IMG/VR virus record: IMGVR_UViG_3300025674_000019
Location: 69,290 to 133,289 of that record
Strand: one strand, 5' to 3'
DNA: 64,000 nucleotides
Source of the DNA: a virus
Part shown: in pieces, positions 8,638 to 18,100 of the stretch
Layout of the letters: each line of letters begins with the position of its first letter
Numbering within the stretch: the first letter of the stretch is position 1
The notes under the pieces: generated by a model
Databases searched by the model: none
Told to the model about the DNA's origin: nothing
What the model saw: only the letters and a program-made list of their open reading frames with translations
Translations under genes and position numbers: made by a program

Positions 8638-8703
8638 CTTTTTTAGCTCTTACATCCGATGATAGACGCAAAACAGGGGTAGCAAATTGGCATAAGTATA
8701 TGA
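8638..8703 (+). repeat. Terminator-tail + promoter element, copy B
   Basis: CTTTTTTAGCT..GATGATAGACGCAAAACAGGGGTAGCAAATTGGCATAAGTATATGA after a GC hairpin. Confidence 0.85.
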
Positions 8704-8738
8704 AGCGATTGTTTAACAGCACACAAAGGAGTTTCAAA

Positions 8739-9272
8739 GTGCTGAATTTCTTCAAGAACCTCTTTCGCCCTGCCCTCCCTCCCGTCACCTCCGGGAACAT
8801 TCTCTACGGGGATTTCCCCGGGTACAAGACCTGGTTCTGTTCTAACGAGATTCCGGTCGAGATCGGGGAGCGCGTTCACGCGATCACCAACCACCGCTGC
8901 GACGAGCTCTCGCTGGAGAGCGAGGCGCTGGCGGCGAGGGACGCAGGGCAGCCCCTGGTTCCAGTAACCCTCAAGACCCCTCGCGGGGACCTACGAGGAT
9001 TCTGCTGGCACCACTCAGGCTGTAACGGCCGCGACAGCATCGCGGCCCTACTGACCTTCGGGTCAGTCGAGGACCTTCTCGTTCAGATCGCGGAGCGAAA
9101 GCTCCTCAATCATTTCGAGTGGGAGGGCAAGCTGTATTCAATCACTTCAAGCGATTGGACCCAAGAGCACGTCGTGCGGGCCGCGAGGCCTCTCACCGAC
9201 CGAGAGCGGCGGAAGCCCACTGAGGCGGAAGCGGAGCTGGTGTGGGACGTGAGCTACACGAGGAGCATGTAA
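8739..9272 (+). CDS. Hypothetical early protein
   Basis: AAGGAG RBS before GTG 8739 (MLNFFKNLF...). Confidence 0.65.
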   Translation: MLNFFKNLFRPALPPVTSGNILYGDFPGYKTWFCSNEIPVEIGERVHAITNHRCDELSLESEALAARDAGQPLVPVTLKTPRGDLRGFCWHHSGCNGRDSIAALLTFGSVEDLLVQIAERKLLNHFEWEGKLYSITSSDWTQEHVVRAARPLTDRERRKPTEAEAELVWDVSYTRSM

Positions 9273-9274
9273 TA

Positions 9275-9394
9275 ATGTTAGGGACGTGGATCTTTTTGGG
9301 GTGGAGCTTCGCCGTCTACTGGCGTCTCTACGAAATGTTCAACCAGCTCCGTAAGGGGGAGCGCGAGTGGAAGGAGAGAGAAAATGAGATTTAA
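9275..9394 (+). CDS. 39-aa membrane-anchored peptide
   Basis: GAGGAG upstream; MLGTWIFLGWSFAVYWRLYEMFNQLRKGEREWKERENEI; fills the gap between neighbours. Confidence 0.5.
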   Translation: MLGTWIFLGWSFAVYWRLYEMFNQLRKGEREWKERENEI

Positions 9395-9566
9395 AGAGTG
9401 GCTCCGTAAAACGGGATTAAAGGCAGGCATCGTTTGCCTGCTGTGCGTAATCTTATGCCGACTCCTAGGGAGCACAGCGATGGGGAGCCTGCTATCTGGC
9501 GGGTGGCTATTCGGAAGCATCTATTTTATCGATGATTACTTCTATAGAATTAAGGAGAATGGGTAA
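9384..9566 (+). CDS. Small membrane protein
   Basis: 60 aa, two hydrophobic stretches, AAGGAG RBS. Confidence 0.6.
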   Translation: MRFKEWLRKTGLKAGIVCLLCVILCRLLGSTAMGSLLSGGWLFGSIYFIDDYFYRIKENG

Positions 9567-9646
9567 TGATTGCGTATGTACTGATTAAGATTATTGTCGG
9601 CGTTAGCCTCCTCGTCGGAGGACTCATTATTGCCGACAAGCTCTAA
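9566..9646 (+). CDS. 26-aa hydrophobic peptide
   Basis: TAATG coupling, AAGGAG RBS; MIAYVLIKIIVGVSLLVGGLIIADKL. Confidence 0.55.
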   Translation: MIAYVLIKIIVGVSLLVGGLIIADKL

Positions 9647-9665
9647 AAACCCACAACCACCCAAC

Positions 9666-9752
9666 AAAGAAAAGCCTAAGGAACTTTTCTTTTAGCTATG
9701 ACGCCTGACGATAGACGCAAAACAGGGGTAGCAAAATGGCATAAGTATATGA
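9666..9752 (+). repeat. Terminator hairpin + promoter element, copy C
   Basis: AAAGAAAAGCCTAAGGAACTTTTCTTTTAGCTATGAC then GATAGACGCAAAACAGGGGTAGCAAAATGGCATAAGTATATGA. Confidence 0.85.
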
Positions 9753-9804
9753 TCCGGGGAATTTCTCCCCGAAAAGACCCGGGGATAACCCCGGAGAAAG
9801 GGTA

Positions 9805-10239
9805 ATGCGTATGAACGCTGCCCAACTCGCTGAGATTTTCTTTTATTGTTCCTGTGGCGCATTTGTCGCCACCATGGCGCTCACCCACACGATCTCATTC
9901 TTCTCCCGCAGATCGCTACGGCTGAAGTCACTCCACCGACAGGTGGCAGAATACAAGGGTCTAGCAAATGACTATGAAGCACGAGTCAGGGAGCTCACTA
10001 AAGAGCTACAAGGCACCGCTAGAGAGCTGTACCATGTGAAGCGTGAATACTCCGAGAGCGTGCGCTCCCACGAGGCAAGGTTCGTCCTTCTGGGGGAGGT
10101 AGAAGAGAAGAATGCCAATCTCAACGGGACTGTAAAGACTCTGTCCGAGCGTCTCAAGGTGCTCTCCTCTCAATACCAAAAGCTACTTAAAAATCATATG
10201 GCAAACGGGGGAACCCGAATAATGGGAGAGGCAAAATGA
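9805..10239 (+). CDS. Membrane-anchored coiled-coil protein
   Basis: N-terminal hydrophobic helix followed by a heptad-rich region. Confidence 0.65.
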   Translation: MRMNAAQLAEIFFYCSCGAFVATMALTHTISFFSRRSLRLKSLHRQVAEYKGLANDYEARVRELTKELQGTARELYHVKREYSESVRSHEARFVLLGEVEEKNANLNGTVKTLSERLKVLSSQYQKLLKNHMANGGTRIMGEAK

Positions 10240-10328
10240 TTATTACCATAGCATGGGTTTTCTCTAAGTTGATAGCGGGATGCCTGATCTTAATCCTAAT
10301 GTTGGCAGTCCATGACCGCCTAACCTAA
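10236..10328 (+). CDS. 30-aa hydrophobic peptide
   Basis: ATGA coupling; MIITIAWVFSKLIAGCLILILMLAVHDRLT. Confidence 0.5.
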   Translation: MIITIAWVFSKLIAGCLILILMLAVHDRLT

Positions 10329-10366
10329 CCCCCCAACCCCCAAAGCCCTGACAAGGCTGCGGGGTT

Positions 10367-10399
10367 AAAGAGAAGCCTAAGGAACTTTTCTTTAGCTAT
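10367..10399 (+). terminator. Repeated terminator-like hairpin, copy 3
   Basis: AAAGAGAAGCCTAAGGAACTTTTCTTTAGCTAT, between convergent genes. Confidence 0.7.
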
Positions 10400-10408
10400 C
10401 AAAGCTAC

Positions 10409-10633
10409 TTAGACTTTCTCTAAGCACCCCATGCACATATACCCAAAGGCTGTCTCTACGCCTTCATCTAAGCCAGTCGCAGCTTCTTTAAGTCCACCTG
10501 CAACGGCTTCTTCTTCAGTAGTCTCTACCAGAGTCTCAGGCGCAGCGGTGTCGTCCCCGCATACTTCGCACTCATAAATCTCACAAGAGAATACTAGACC
10601 TGTAGCTTCTTCTTTAAAGAAGTGCGAGTTCAT
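10409..10633 (-). CDS. Small putative zinc-binding protein
   Basis: CEVC and CMGC motifs. Confidence 0.55.
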   Translation of the reverse strand: MNSHFFKEEATGLVFSCEIYECEVCGDDTAAPETLVETTEEEAVAGGLKEAATGLDEGVETAFGYMCMGCLEKV

Positions 10634-10869
10634 AGCTCAACGACGGTATTGGGATTAGGGAAGTTCTTATTGCAGTGAGGGCACTCAAGCTTATGCTCTT
10701 CCGGTACCTCTTCCAGGGCCTCCATACTCCAGCTAGACACTCCGCCCTTTTCCATAGGAGTCTCGATGAAGGCTCTCTCCGCAGCCTTCTCGTCTTCTGT
10801 AATATAGATGCGCTCAACCGACATGCCTAAACCTGTGGTGCCAGTTGCCTTTACGCACTTAGTAGTCAT
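10630..10869 (-). CDS. Small protein with CxxC motif
   Basis: GAGG RBS; CPHC; ATGA coupling to the next gene. Confidence 0.55.
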   Translation of the reverse strand: MTTKCVKATGTTGLGMSVERIYITEDEKAAERAFIETPMEKGGVSSWSMEALEEVPEEHKLECPHCNKNFPNPNTVVEL

Positions 10870-10877
10870 CGTTACCT

Positions 10878-11225
10878 CTAGTCGTTAAAGGGCTCTCTAA
10901 AAGCCACTGTCCAGTTACGGAACCCTACGCTTTCTTTTAGCTTAGAGTTCAGCTCCTCTAGCTTCAAGTACAAGTGCTTCTTGCGTATGTACTCACCAGA
11001 GAAGTATATACCTCTTTTGTTTATATACAGGATAGCCCTGCTAGATGGCAAGGGAAACCAGTTACTTCCAAAGCCCTTGTTTCGAGCATTGAAGTAGTTC
11101 TTAAGCATGTCAAGGATCAAGTGGTTATCCCTGTCAGGCTCCAAGACTTCTAAGCATTCCAGCAGCCCAGCCTTAAACTCGCTATCTTTAACTATCTTAA
11201 GTATATTGTGATGCCAGCACCGCAT
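10878..11225 (-). CDS. Hypothetical protein
   Basis: AAGGAGG RBS, 115 aa. Confidence 0.7.
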   Translation of the reverse strand: MRCWHHNILKIVKDSEFKAGLLECLEVLEPDRDNHLILDMLKNYFNARNKGFGSNWFPLPSSRAILYINKRGIYFSGEYIRKKHLYLKLEELNSKLKESVGFRNWTVAFREPFND

Positions 11226-11299
11226 TGTACCTCCTTAGATTTTTTGCAGTGTAGCAAATGCACTTATAATTTAGTACCCTCCTAGAAAGGCCAAGCCAA

Positions 11300-11662
11300 A
11301 TGAATATTAGTATAAGGTTGGAGACTGTGTTTAAGTCTCTAGCAGGCGCAGTACTGCCGCTAGCTCTTTGGCTTATAAATCTCAACCTAGAGGTGTCGGA
11401 ACTTACAAGCACCGTATCTAGGCTAGAAAAAACACAGGTGCCAGCAGTAACGCAGGTAACCAAGCAAGTAGCCACGCTAGAGTCTGACGTGTCTAGACTT
11501 AAAGAGAAAGTATCCGGGTTAAAGGTAGACTACGAAAAAGTGAGCGCCCGGGCTGCAGAGAATACTACAACAATCACTGAAATGCGTGTAAGCCTCAAGT
11601 ATATTGAAGAGGGCATAAGGATCATCAAATCAAGGGTCCTTGGACCCTCTTCTTCTGACTAG
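11300..11662 (+). CDS. Membrane-anchored coiled-coil protein
   Basis: N-terminal TM (LAGAVLPLALWLI) then coiled coil; TATAAT upstream. Confidence 0.65.
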   Translation: MNISIRLETVFKSLAGAVLPLALWLINLNLEVSELTSTVSRLEKTQVPAVTQVTKQVATLESDVSRLKEKVSGLKVDYEKVSARAAENTTTITEMRVSLKYIEEGIRIIKSRVLGPSSSD

Positions 11663-11673
11663 ACGAGGACCGC

Positions 11674-11976
11674 ATGGAAAAGAGAACCTACGACTCAGCA
11701 ATCATAGTTATCTTGGCCTTTGTGCTTACTACTCTAGTAGCTAGCTTTGGGGCCAGTAACCCTCACGCAGAAAGCTCTCTTTACAGAGTGTACCCGCCAA
11801 TCGTCCAAGACTACGGGTCCCCCTCGATAGAGCCAAAGCCTGCTACTCCCTCTAACGAAGAGCTTATAGACGCGCTTAAAGAGCGCAATCTAGAGATGGC
11901 TAGAGCGAGGGAAGCAGCTCTTCTGCTGGAAGCAGAAGTACGAGAGATGGTGGAGACCATGGAGATGGCCCCCTAG
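11674..11976 (+). CDS. Signal/TM-containing hypothetical protein
   Basis: GAGG RBS; N-terminal hydrophobic helix. Confidence 0.6.
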   Translation: MEKRTYDSAIIVILAFVLTTLVASFGASNPHAESSLYRVYPPIVQDYGSPSIEPKPATPSNEELIDALKERNLEMARAREAALLLEAEVREMVETMEMAP

Positions 11977-11977
11977 A

Positions 11978-13360
11978 TCACCTGTACTGAGGCGGCCCGT
12001 AAGCAGGCATCTGCTGATACGCGCCTTGAGCGCCTCCACCTAAGTATCCCATTTGCTGAGCGGCACCTACGGCTTGGTTGACGTAAGGCATAGCCTGATT
12101 TACGTAGTTACCCGCTTGAGCGATGTAATTACTGTAGCTGTCCTGAGGCTCTTCTGAGCTGCCTAGGAACTTGTTTAATAAGTACCCGCCACCGAGAAGA
12201 CCTAGACCTGCAATACCACCCTTTAGGTACCTACCAGACCTAAGGGCCCTGGCCTCCGCCTGAGTAGCTCTGGTTTCTGCCGCTGTTAGCTTACCCGCAG
12301 CGGCAGCTTCTCTCTCTGCTGCCTTTCTTTCCGCCAGCGCCATGCGCCTCTTGTAGGCGGCCTCCTGCTTAGCTAGTGCCTCCTGTTGTTGGGCCGTATA
12401 CTGATCTTTAAGCCTGGCTCTAGTCTCAGCAGTAGCATCCCGTACCGCTGTATTCTGCCTCTGCGTTCTTCTAGAAGGACCTCTTGATTGTTGCCTGGCC
12501 GGAGCTTGCTGCTGCGGCTGCACTGGCTGCTGCACTGGAGCAGCTGGCTGCGCTGGAGCTGCTGGTCTTGTACTTGTAGCCGTAGGCGCGTTATTTTGGC
12601 GGCCCATAAAGTCTTTATAAATCCTATTACCAGAGCGCGACCCGACCATCCGCGCCCTTTCTCTTCCGCTCATGTTATTTATATTAGTATACTCTGCAGG
12701 ACCTAACCCAAAGAAGCCCCTGCGGGCTACTCTTCCTGTGCCGCTATCCGCCATACTGTACTGATTAAAGCTCATAGCCGCAGTCTTAGCGCCTTCTAGA
12801 GTATCAAAGGTGCCGTAGGTATACGCGCCGGTTTTATCATAGGTAGTATACCTACCCTGATCCTCTACGACTACGCATCCGTTATCTAGGGTAAGCCTAC
12901 CTAAAGTATGCCCCGAGACCTTCTCCATGATGGCAAGGTCATTGAGGGACATAGAAGCCTTTTTCTTTTGGCTGCTAGGTGGAGCCTCGCTGGCATACTT
13001 ATTCTGAAGATATTCAGGGCTTTGTGAGTAATAGTCTTGCCACATCTCGTCACCATAATCCATCATCTGTTGAGGTAAGTAGACTTCGTCCCCTCGTCCT
13101 TGACCTAGAGTTTCCCGCACGTCGGCCTGAGCGCTGGATATTCCACCAGCTCCTCCCAGTATAGCCGCCGTCCTGTTGCCTCCTCGCAGTAGGGCTGAAG
13201 ATCCTCCGCCTATAAGAGCACCAGTAATAGCTGCTCTACCTATGTCACGAGAGTCAAGGCCGCTAGAAAGAATTTCAGATGCGGCCCCAGAGGCTGCGCC
13301 TACGCCTGAACCTATGGCTCCGCTAAGCAGAGCCCTTCTTAAGTCTGACTGTTTACGCAT
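11978..13360 (-). CDS. Putative head-packaged glycine-zipper protein with K-x-A motifs
   Basis: GxxxG zippers at N- and C-termini; KYAS, KKAS and KTAA linkers; Q/P-rich and coiled-coil segments. Confidence 0.65.
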   Translation of the reverse strand: MRKQSDLRRALLSGAIGSGVGAASGAASEILSSGLDSRDIGRAAITGALIGGGSSALLRGGNRTAAILGGAGGISSAQADVRETLGQGRGDEVYLPQQMMDYGDEMWQDYYSQSPEYLQNKYASEAPPSSQKKKASMSLNDLAIMEKVSGHTLGRLTLDNGCVVVEDQGRYTTYDKTGAYTYGTFDTLEGAKTAAMSFNQYSMADSGTGRVARRGFFGLGPAEYTNINNMSGRERARMVGSRSGNRIYKDFMGRQNNAPTATSTRPAAPAQPAAPVQQPVQPQQQAPARQQSRGPSRRTQRQNTAVRDATAETRARLKDQYTAQQQEALAKQEAAYKRRMALAERKAAEREAAAAGKLTAAETRATQAEARALRSGRYLKGGIAGLGLLGGGYLLNKFLGSSEEPQDSYSNYIAQAGNYVNQAMPYVNQAVGAAQQMGYLGGGAQGAYQQMPAYGPPQYR

Positions 13361-13366
13361 ATTTCC

Positions 13367-14089
13367 TCACAGCTGCCTAATGCTAGACTGCATCATCTTG
13401 GTAAAGTTTAGGTTTGTTTTACCAGTAAGCTCAATGGCTCTGATGCCTGACTCTAGAGATACTACCTCATCACTGGGAGTATCTGTGCCGCATAGCGCAT
13501 ATTGGTAAGTACCTTGGTTAGTTAGCTTAAATACATTACCAAAAATGTTCTTGTGATACTTAGTAATATTCCCGGCCTTTATAGCGTGCTCTCCTCCATC
13601 CCATATGTTTGAGCAAGAGATACCGCCTACAGCAAGGCAGCCCTTAACATCGTTCCAGAAGTATTGATTATTCTGGATATCTGCGGGGCCCTCCATATAG
13701 ATATCTACATAGATTATATCGTATTTTTCTCCTGCCTTGTTCGCCTTCTGCAGGAACTTATTAGCGTCTTCCCCGACTAAACGAGTGTTAGCGTCAGGCA
13801 TGAACTCAAAGTGCTCCTGGGCTACCTGGAACATGAGCGGGCGAAGGTCTACTATAGTCTTCTGCACTTCTGGAAAGTTATCTATCCAGAACTTAGGAAG
13901 GCTGCCTCCGCCCATTCCCAAGAATAATACTTTCTTAGGACTAGGGTGAAGCGCCGACATAAAGCACATCTTTTGGATGTACTCTAGCTCAGGTATATTA
14001 GGGCTAGATAAATTAAGCCGGGATTGTACCCCGGTAGCGTTCTTCTTAGTGAACTGTATATCTTTGAAGATCCCGTCCCTAAGAAGCAC
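13367..14089 (-). CDS. Spermidine-synthase-like SAM-dependent methyltransferase domain (probably reached by -1 frameshift from 14182-15144)
   Basis: VQS...EY.Q.M, VLFLGMGGGSLP, IVDLRP, EDA..FL, YDIIYVDIY; frame stays open upstream to the A9 run with no earlier start codon. Confidence 0.8.
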   Translation of the reverse strand: MLLRDGIFKDIQFTKKNATGVQSRLNLSSPNIPELEYIQKMCFMSALHPSPKKVLFLGMGGGSLPKFWIDNFPEVQKTIVDLRPLMFQVAQEHFEFMPDANTRLVGEDANKFLQKANKAGEKYDIIYVDIYMEGPADIQNNQYFWNDVKGCLAVGGISCSNIWDGGEHAIKAGNITKYHKNIFGNVFKLTNQGTYQYALCGTDTPSDEVVSLESGIRAIELTGKTNLNFTKMMQSSIRQL

Positions 14090-14181
14090 AAAGACTTTGC
14101 CGTGAGAGTCTTCGTACTCATCTAGGTACTCTTCTTCTGCGTAGTACGCTACCTTAGTCTGGTAGTTAGGTTCTGCTCTAA

Positions 14182-15144
14182 CTAGTTTTTTTTTAAGTTG
14201 GATTTCTTAGTAAAGTTATTTACTAGAGCAGCGGCTAGTGCGGCTACCCCCGCTGGAAGAGCCACGTTCTTGCCGATTGAAGACATCAAGTCCTGCGCGG
14301 GATCTCCAGTAGGGGCGGGGAACACAATATTGTTAGACACTGCTGCCCCGCTAGAAGCACCTGGGGACATAGAGACTGGAAGTTGGTTAACCGAGTGAGC
14401 TGCTTGCTGCCTAGCCTGCTCCTGCTGAGCAAGTAAAGTGTCAAGCTTAGTTCCTAGCCTGTCTACTTTGGCCATCGCAGACTCGGCGTTAAACCCGCTC
14501 TGCCTTCTAATCTGAGCGCGCTGCATGTGCCTGGGAATAGAAGGCTTATCCCTCATAGTAGCTACAGCAAGATCATTAATTTGATCCTGAAGGTACTGCA
14601 AGTTTAAGCCACCGTCCATTTGAGCTGTTTTCTTCCTAGCGCTGCCGTCAGCTTTCTGGTTCTTAGGCCAAAGCTCTCGGCGCGACCAGTAGTTAGCACT
14701 GAACTTATCGTCCTTGCCTTTGATCCCCGCACTACGAGCAAGGTAGCTCTTCTTCGCCTTTGCAGAGTAGTTATGCTTATATCCGCGAGCACCAAAGTTA
14801 ACTACTTTGACCTTGTCGCCCTTTTTAGCCAGCACTCGCTTTTTGTACTTGCTACCCTTAGGTGCTGCCTTTGGCTTGTTGTACCCGGGAAAGATCTCGT
14901 CCCTGTATTTTAGCTTACCAGAGGGAAGCCGCTCTACTCCTTCTGGGGCTGCGGTTTTCTCTACTATTGAGCTTTCAGGAATACCTCTTTGCTCTGCTAA
15001 AACGCTCTTCCACTTACTTCCATACCTCTTTTTAAGGCTAAGTATATTCTTGTTATTTGGGTCATAACTCATGCCGCGGAGGGAAGCCTCCGCGGTCTTC
15101 TCAAGCAGATTCTGTAGTAGCCTAACACTAGGGTCGGTGCTCAT
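14182..15144 (-). CDS. K-x-A-linked multidomain protein containing a DUF5754-like module
   Basis: EKTA, EKTA and KKTA linkers; module KVVNFGARGY...KKSYLAR...FSANYWSRRELW. Confidence 0.7.
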   Translation of the reverse strand: MSTDPSVRLLQNLLEKTAEASLRGMSYDPNNKNILSLKKRYGSKWKSVLAEQRGIPESSIVEKTAAPEGVERLPSGKLKYRDEIFPGYNKPKAAPKGSKYKKRVLAKKGDKVKVVNFGARGYKHNYSAKAKKSYLARSAGIKGKDDKFSANYWSRRELWPKNQKADGSARKKTAQMDGGLNLQYLQDQINDLAVATMRDKPSIPRHMQRAQIRRQSGFNAESAMAKVDRLGTKLDTLLAQQEQARQQAAHSVNQLPVSMSPGASSGAAVSNNIVFPAPTGDPAQDLMSSIGKNVALPAGVAALAAALVNNFTKKSNLKKN

Positions 15145-15183
15145 AAGTACTCCTGTCTCTTTACTAATACTAATTATATAGAC

Positions 15184-18100
15184 TCAGTCGCCCAACTTGC
15201 TGCGCTTTTTACCTTTGTGCAAGCCGTGATCTGCGTGCTGCTCGCCTTCACGAGTAGCTTTGTTCTTCTTACGAATCGCCGCCTTTAGCTTATTGCGACC
15301 CTTCTTAGAAGACTTTAGCGCGTCTATAGACTTAGCTGGTAGGTAGACCCCTTTGCTCTTGGCTTCTTTAGTGGTTAGATCTTGCTTGCTGCGCATAGCT
15401 CTAGCTACCTGTAGTAGCTTAGCTGCGTTTTCGTTAGCTCTAGACACTATACCAGGATCCATCTCTCCTGTTTCTACGTTAAATTCATCCCCAGCAACCT
15501 GGACCCCGCCCCCTATACCGATGCCTTTAATCTCAGTATCCAGCTGGTTAGCCAGACCACCAAGTGCTAAAGCAGACCTGGGTGTGCCCGCACCAGATAG
15601 GAGAGCGTAAGGCTTGTACTGCTGGTTCTCTTTATCTAGTGTCCTGTGAAGGAACTGCATTACTCTACCACTGGGACCATAGTTAAATACGGGGGTAGAC
15701 AGAACCATAGCGTCTGCGTCGGTTAATCTTTTCTTATAATCATCGTACCAGTCTGTATCCCAGTCGTAGGTATCAGGCATGTCCCCCATATCACGCATGT
15801 CCATCCAGTCAACTTCGGCACCTTGGCTCTCCAGATAGTCCCTGTAAGTTTCTGCAAGTGCGCGAGACCTAGACAGCTCCTCAGGGTCGTTACCTGTGGA
15901 GCCGCTTAGGATAGCCACCCTAAGCCTGTTTTTTGCTGCCTCTGAGGCTAAAGATTTTGCAGCAGCAAGCTTTTTCAAATCAGATGCATATGTCATAGAA
16001 CCCTCCTTTTTACGCTCACCGCTCCACTGCCAGTCTTGCTTAGTCCATTTCTTAAGCTTGTTATTCTTAGCAGTGGGCTTTTTGCCTTTGTACCTTCCGC
16101 CTGAGTCTTTATAGTACTTTACAGCTAGCTGAGCTGCACGAGCAGACCACTTGCCGCCCATCTTAGCCTTTGCCCGTGCCTTAGCTGCAGCCCACTTCTT
16201 AGGGTCTCGCTTAGTAGCGGTGCCTTTGGGCTTTTTGGCTTTGGAGGTCTTCTCGGAGCCGCCCATAGCGTATAACCCAGCAGCCCCTAATCCTGCGACG
16301 GGGATACCTAGCATTAAGGCTCTTCTTAGTTCCGGGTTGTTAGCAGCTGCAGCCGCGACTTCCTCTGCTGCAGAAGCCATTGTAGGCTGGCTAGCAACAG
16401 CTTCTCTTAGGGACTCTGTAGCCTGAGTACTTGGAGGAGGAGATACCTTAGAAAGAGCTGTGTCCACAGGCTGCATTCGCTGCTGTCTTTGCACTACCCT
16501 CTCAAGGGGGGTAGGCGTAACTACTGGAGTAGGGGCAACTACTGGGGTAGGAGCGACTGGAGCCCTGGAAACTGGAGTAGGAGCAACTACTGGGGTAGGC
16601 GTAACTACTGGAGTAGGGGAGACTGGAGCCCTGGAAACTGGAGTAGGAGCAACTACTGGGGTAGGCGTAACTACTGGAGTAGGGGCAACTACTGGAGTAG
16701 GCTTAGGCCTAACCACCGGAGCACTAAAGTCTAGCGCTAGTTGCTCACTTCTAGGGGCGACAGCCGCGGACTCCGCAGACGCAGAGACCCTCCGCACAGG
16801 GCCAGCTGCAGGCTCAAATAAGAATCTTTGCCCCCTCTCAGTTGTCTGAGTAGGCAGTACCACAGGAGCTGGGGCGGGGGCGGCAAGCTGTGCTTGGACC
16901 TGAGCTTTAGCTCTTTCTTGAGCTCTAGCCTTATCTCTCCGTAGCCTGCGTATACGGTTGTCTTCCTTTACTCTGCGCATAGCCTCAGCTCTGGCACCCT
17001 CCGCAGCCTGGTACTCTCTCCTTAGTTGACCTAAGCTATCAGGAGATAAAGGCTTGAGGTTATGTTCCCACATATGGTTTATACCTAGTGGATCTTTGCT
17101 ACTAAAGGTGAGCTCATTCCACCTCTGGTATAGAGGGTCCTGCTTTTGGACGTACATCTCTATTTCTCTCTGAAGAGGATGCGCTGCCCCTATTTGAGAG
17201 CTATGAATTCTTTCAGAACCTACGCGGCCCATATTCAGCTCATTCTCTAGAATCTTAAGCCCTCCACCACCACTTCTACCCTTATTAAGAGAGTTGACTA
17301 CGCTAGAGGTTATCTGCTCTGCTGATGCCTGAGGGTTAGCTGCCTTTGCGCCCTCAACGAGGCGCTGAACAGTCTCTAGCGCATTACCTTTGAGCTTAGC
17401 TTGCTTAGTTACACTGGCGTTCTTCTGCATAGAAGACGCTATAGCACTAGATAGTTTATAGTTATTTTTCATAGCAGTACCGTCTCCTCCCGCAAACACG
17501 GAGGCCGCTACCCCGCCCCCAGCCATACCTGTACCAACGAGGGCATTCATCCAGTTAGCCCCAGTAGAACCTAGATCTTTGTACCGACTGTTTATGTACT
17601 TACGGCCTCCAGCCCCAAGAGCCAAGCCGCCGATAGCTCCTGCGAGTGCTCCCTGAGCACCCTTGTTTTCTCCAGAGGCTGCGTACCCGGCGAGGGCCCC
17701 CGTAGCAGCGTCGAAAGCTCTGAACTTCATAGAAGCAGACTTGCGCATAACAGACTCCATCGGTGCTTGGCTATACAGCCTTTTAGGGGCTCCTCCAGTG
17801 CTTTTAGGGCCAAACCTCATAGTAGCCCCAAGTAGAGCACCTCGTGCCTTTTGCTTAGCTCCTTGAACTCGCTTCTCTATAGAGGCAGCTAGCCGGCCGC
17901 TAATAGTATTCTCCCGGTTCCATTGCCTACGCTGCTCCGGAGTCATACTCCTAAGCCTGTTTCTCTCGGCTATAGCTAGACTAGACCTAGTCCTAAGTTC
18001 TCTACCTAGACCAGCCTCTACTGCGCCAACAGACGGAATTAAGGTCTGAGCTTTTTGGGCTACTTGATCAGTAAGGGTGGTCCCCCTCCGTATAGCCCCA

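Noticed and set aside
7887-9752. CRISPR array from the repeated ~65-bp elements
   Set aside because: Units are separated by whole genes of 700-1000 bp, repeats are degenerate, and no cas genes are visible
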